DNA of 24,000 nucleotides from Pseudomonas phage vB_Pa-PAC6. The DNA is taken from the sequence record PP408253.1. One strand, given 5' to 3'. Numbering within the stretch: position 1 is the first letter of the stretch; each line of letters opens with the position of its first letter. Below the pieces are notes generated by a model that was not told the origin of the DNA, made no database searches, and worked only from the letters and a program-made list of their open reading frames with translations. Positions 23,387-24,000 of this stretch are shown one piece after another. Position numbers and translations under genes: made by a program.

Positions 23387-23582
23387 CTTGTAACTCCTTC
23401 ATCAGTTCCCGGAGCCGGAGTGTCTGCTGGCGGTACAAGTACCCAAAACACCCGTGCTCCCCGTTCATCATATCTGTATGGACCTTGCGGAGGTGCGCAG
23501 CGAGTTCTTCCACCGTGTCGAAGGCGTAGAACTTCAGCTGCGGGTCCTCCGCCCAATCACGTCGCAGCTTCTCCAAGTCCAT
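23355..23582 (-). CDS. Hypothetical protein
   Basis: 75 aa; overlaps both neighbours. Confidence 0.5.
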   Translation of the reverse strand: MDLEKLRRDWAEDPQLKFYAFDTVEELAAHLRKVHTDMMNGEHGCFGYLYRQQTLRLRELMKELQDERERKASGR

Positions 23583-24000
23583 CGCGCACCACCTCCTCGA
23601 AGAAGTCCGAGAGACGGCGATGCGGCTGGTGCTTCGCTGCCACGTAGAAGGCGCGGACTGGTTCGGGCAGGCTACCCTCCAGGCCCCGCTTCTCCGTCAC
23701 CGCCTCGCATGCCCTCCGCATGGCCGTGACCGCTTCGTTGCCCAGGGCTTCTTCCTCCCGGCACCATAGCCACAGTTCGAGGGTGTCCACGGCCTTCAAC
23801 CAGTCCTCCTCGTCAGGGAGAAGGCCCGGGAGCAGGCCCAGGGTCGCCAGCACGCGGCGTTCCGCCTCCTCATACACCTTCCCGAGTTCGGAGTGGGTCC
23901 ACTTCGCCGGGGCCGGAATGTCGCCCAACCAACGCTCCGCGCAGTCGTGCCACTGGACCGCCTTGATCAGGTTCAGCGACGGGTGCGGGTGGAGCAGCAG
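23557..24000 (-). CDS. HD-domain hydrolase, YfbR-like (5' end beyond window)
   Basis: The frame stays open upstream of the listed start (a TTG at 23928) to the window edge. Manual extension: 'LLLHPHPSLNLIKAVQWHDCAERWLGDIPAPAKW...'. 'HDcaE...GDIPaPaK' is typical of YfbR-type HD phosphohydrolases. Confidence 0.75.
   Translation of the reverse strand: MLLHPHPSLNLIKAVQWHDCAERWLGDIPAPAKWTHSELGKVYEEAERRVLATLGLLPGLLPDEEDWLKAVDTLELWLWCREEEALGNEAVTAMRRACEAVTEKRGLEGSLPEPVRAFYVAAKHQPHRRLSDFFEEVVRDGLGEAAT

Noticed and set aside
1-24000. CRISPR arrays, tRNAs, rRNAs, integrase or transposase
   Set aside because: No regularly spaced direct repeats, tRNA-like cloverleaf segments, or recombinase/transposase signatures were noticed. 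tRNAscan-SE or Infernal would be needed to exclude small RNAs formally.

Overview
The window is a GC-rich, densely packed stretch of a tailed dsDNA bacteriophage (or prophage) genome. Every well-supported gene reads on the minus strand. In transcription order (high to low coordinates) it contains: (i) a replication and nucleotide block with an HD-domain hydrolase (partial at the edge), a DUF3310-like protein, family A DNA polymerase, dCMP deaminase, VRR-NUC nuclease, double-HTH protein and primase/SF3-type helicase; (ii) a ~10 kb accessory block of mostly small ORFs. This block holds a GHKL-like ATPase with a C-terminal EExxH-type motif, a MazG-like protein, a minimal protein-kinase-like protein, a truncated DnaQ-like exonuclease fused to a second domain, a GGDEF-like protein (SGEEF) and an ArdB-type antirestriction protein; (iii) a ~0.65 kb non-coding junction with an AT-rich tetranucleotide island and short repeats; (iv) a packaging/head block with TerS, TerL, DUF4055-type portal, a GIY-YIG homing endonuclease and a MuF-type minor head protein. 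Three near-identical promoter modules (TTTACTTCTTCGG-N11-ACTATACTT) precede three separate accessory gene runs, and a fourth different promoter precedes terS. The best leads are the apparently permuted GHKL/zincin-like protein, the phage GGDEF protein downstream of a degenerate exonuclease, the minimal kinase, the repeated promoter module, and a PolA with Leu at the position equivalent to E. coli 762. All family calls are from sequence motifs read by eye. No database search was run.
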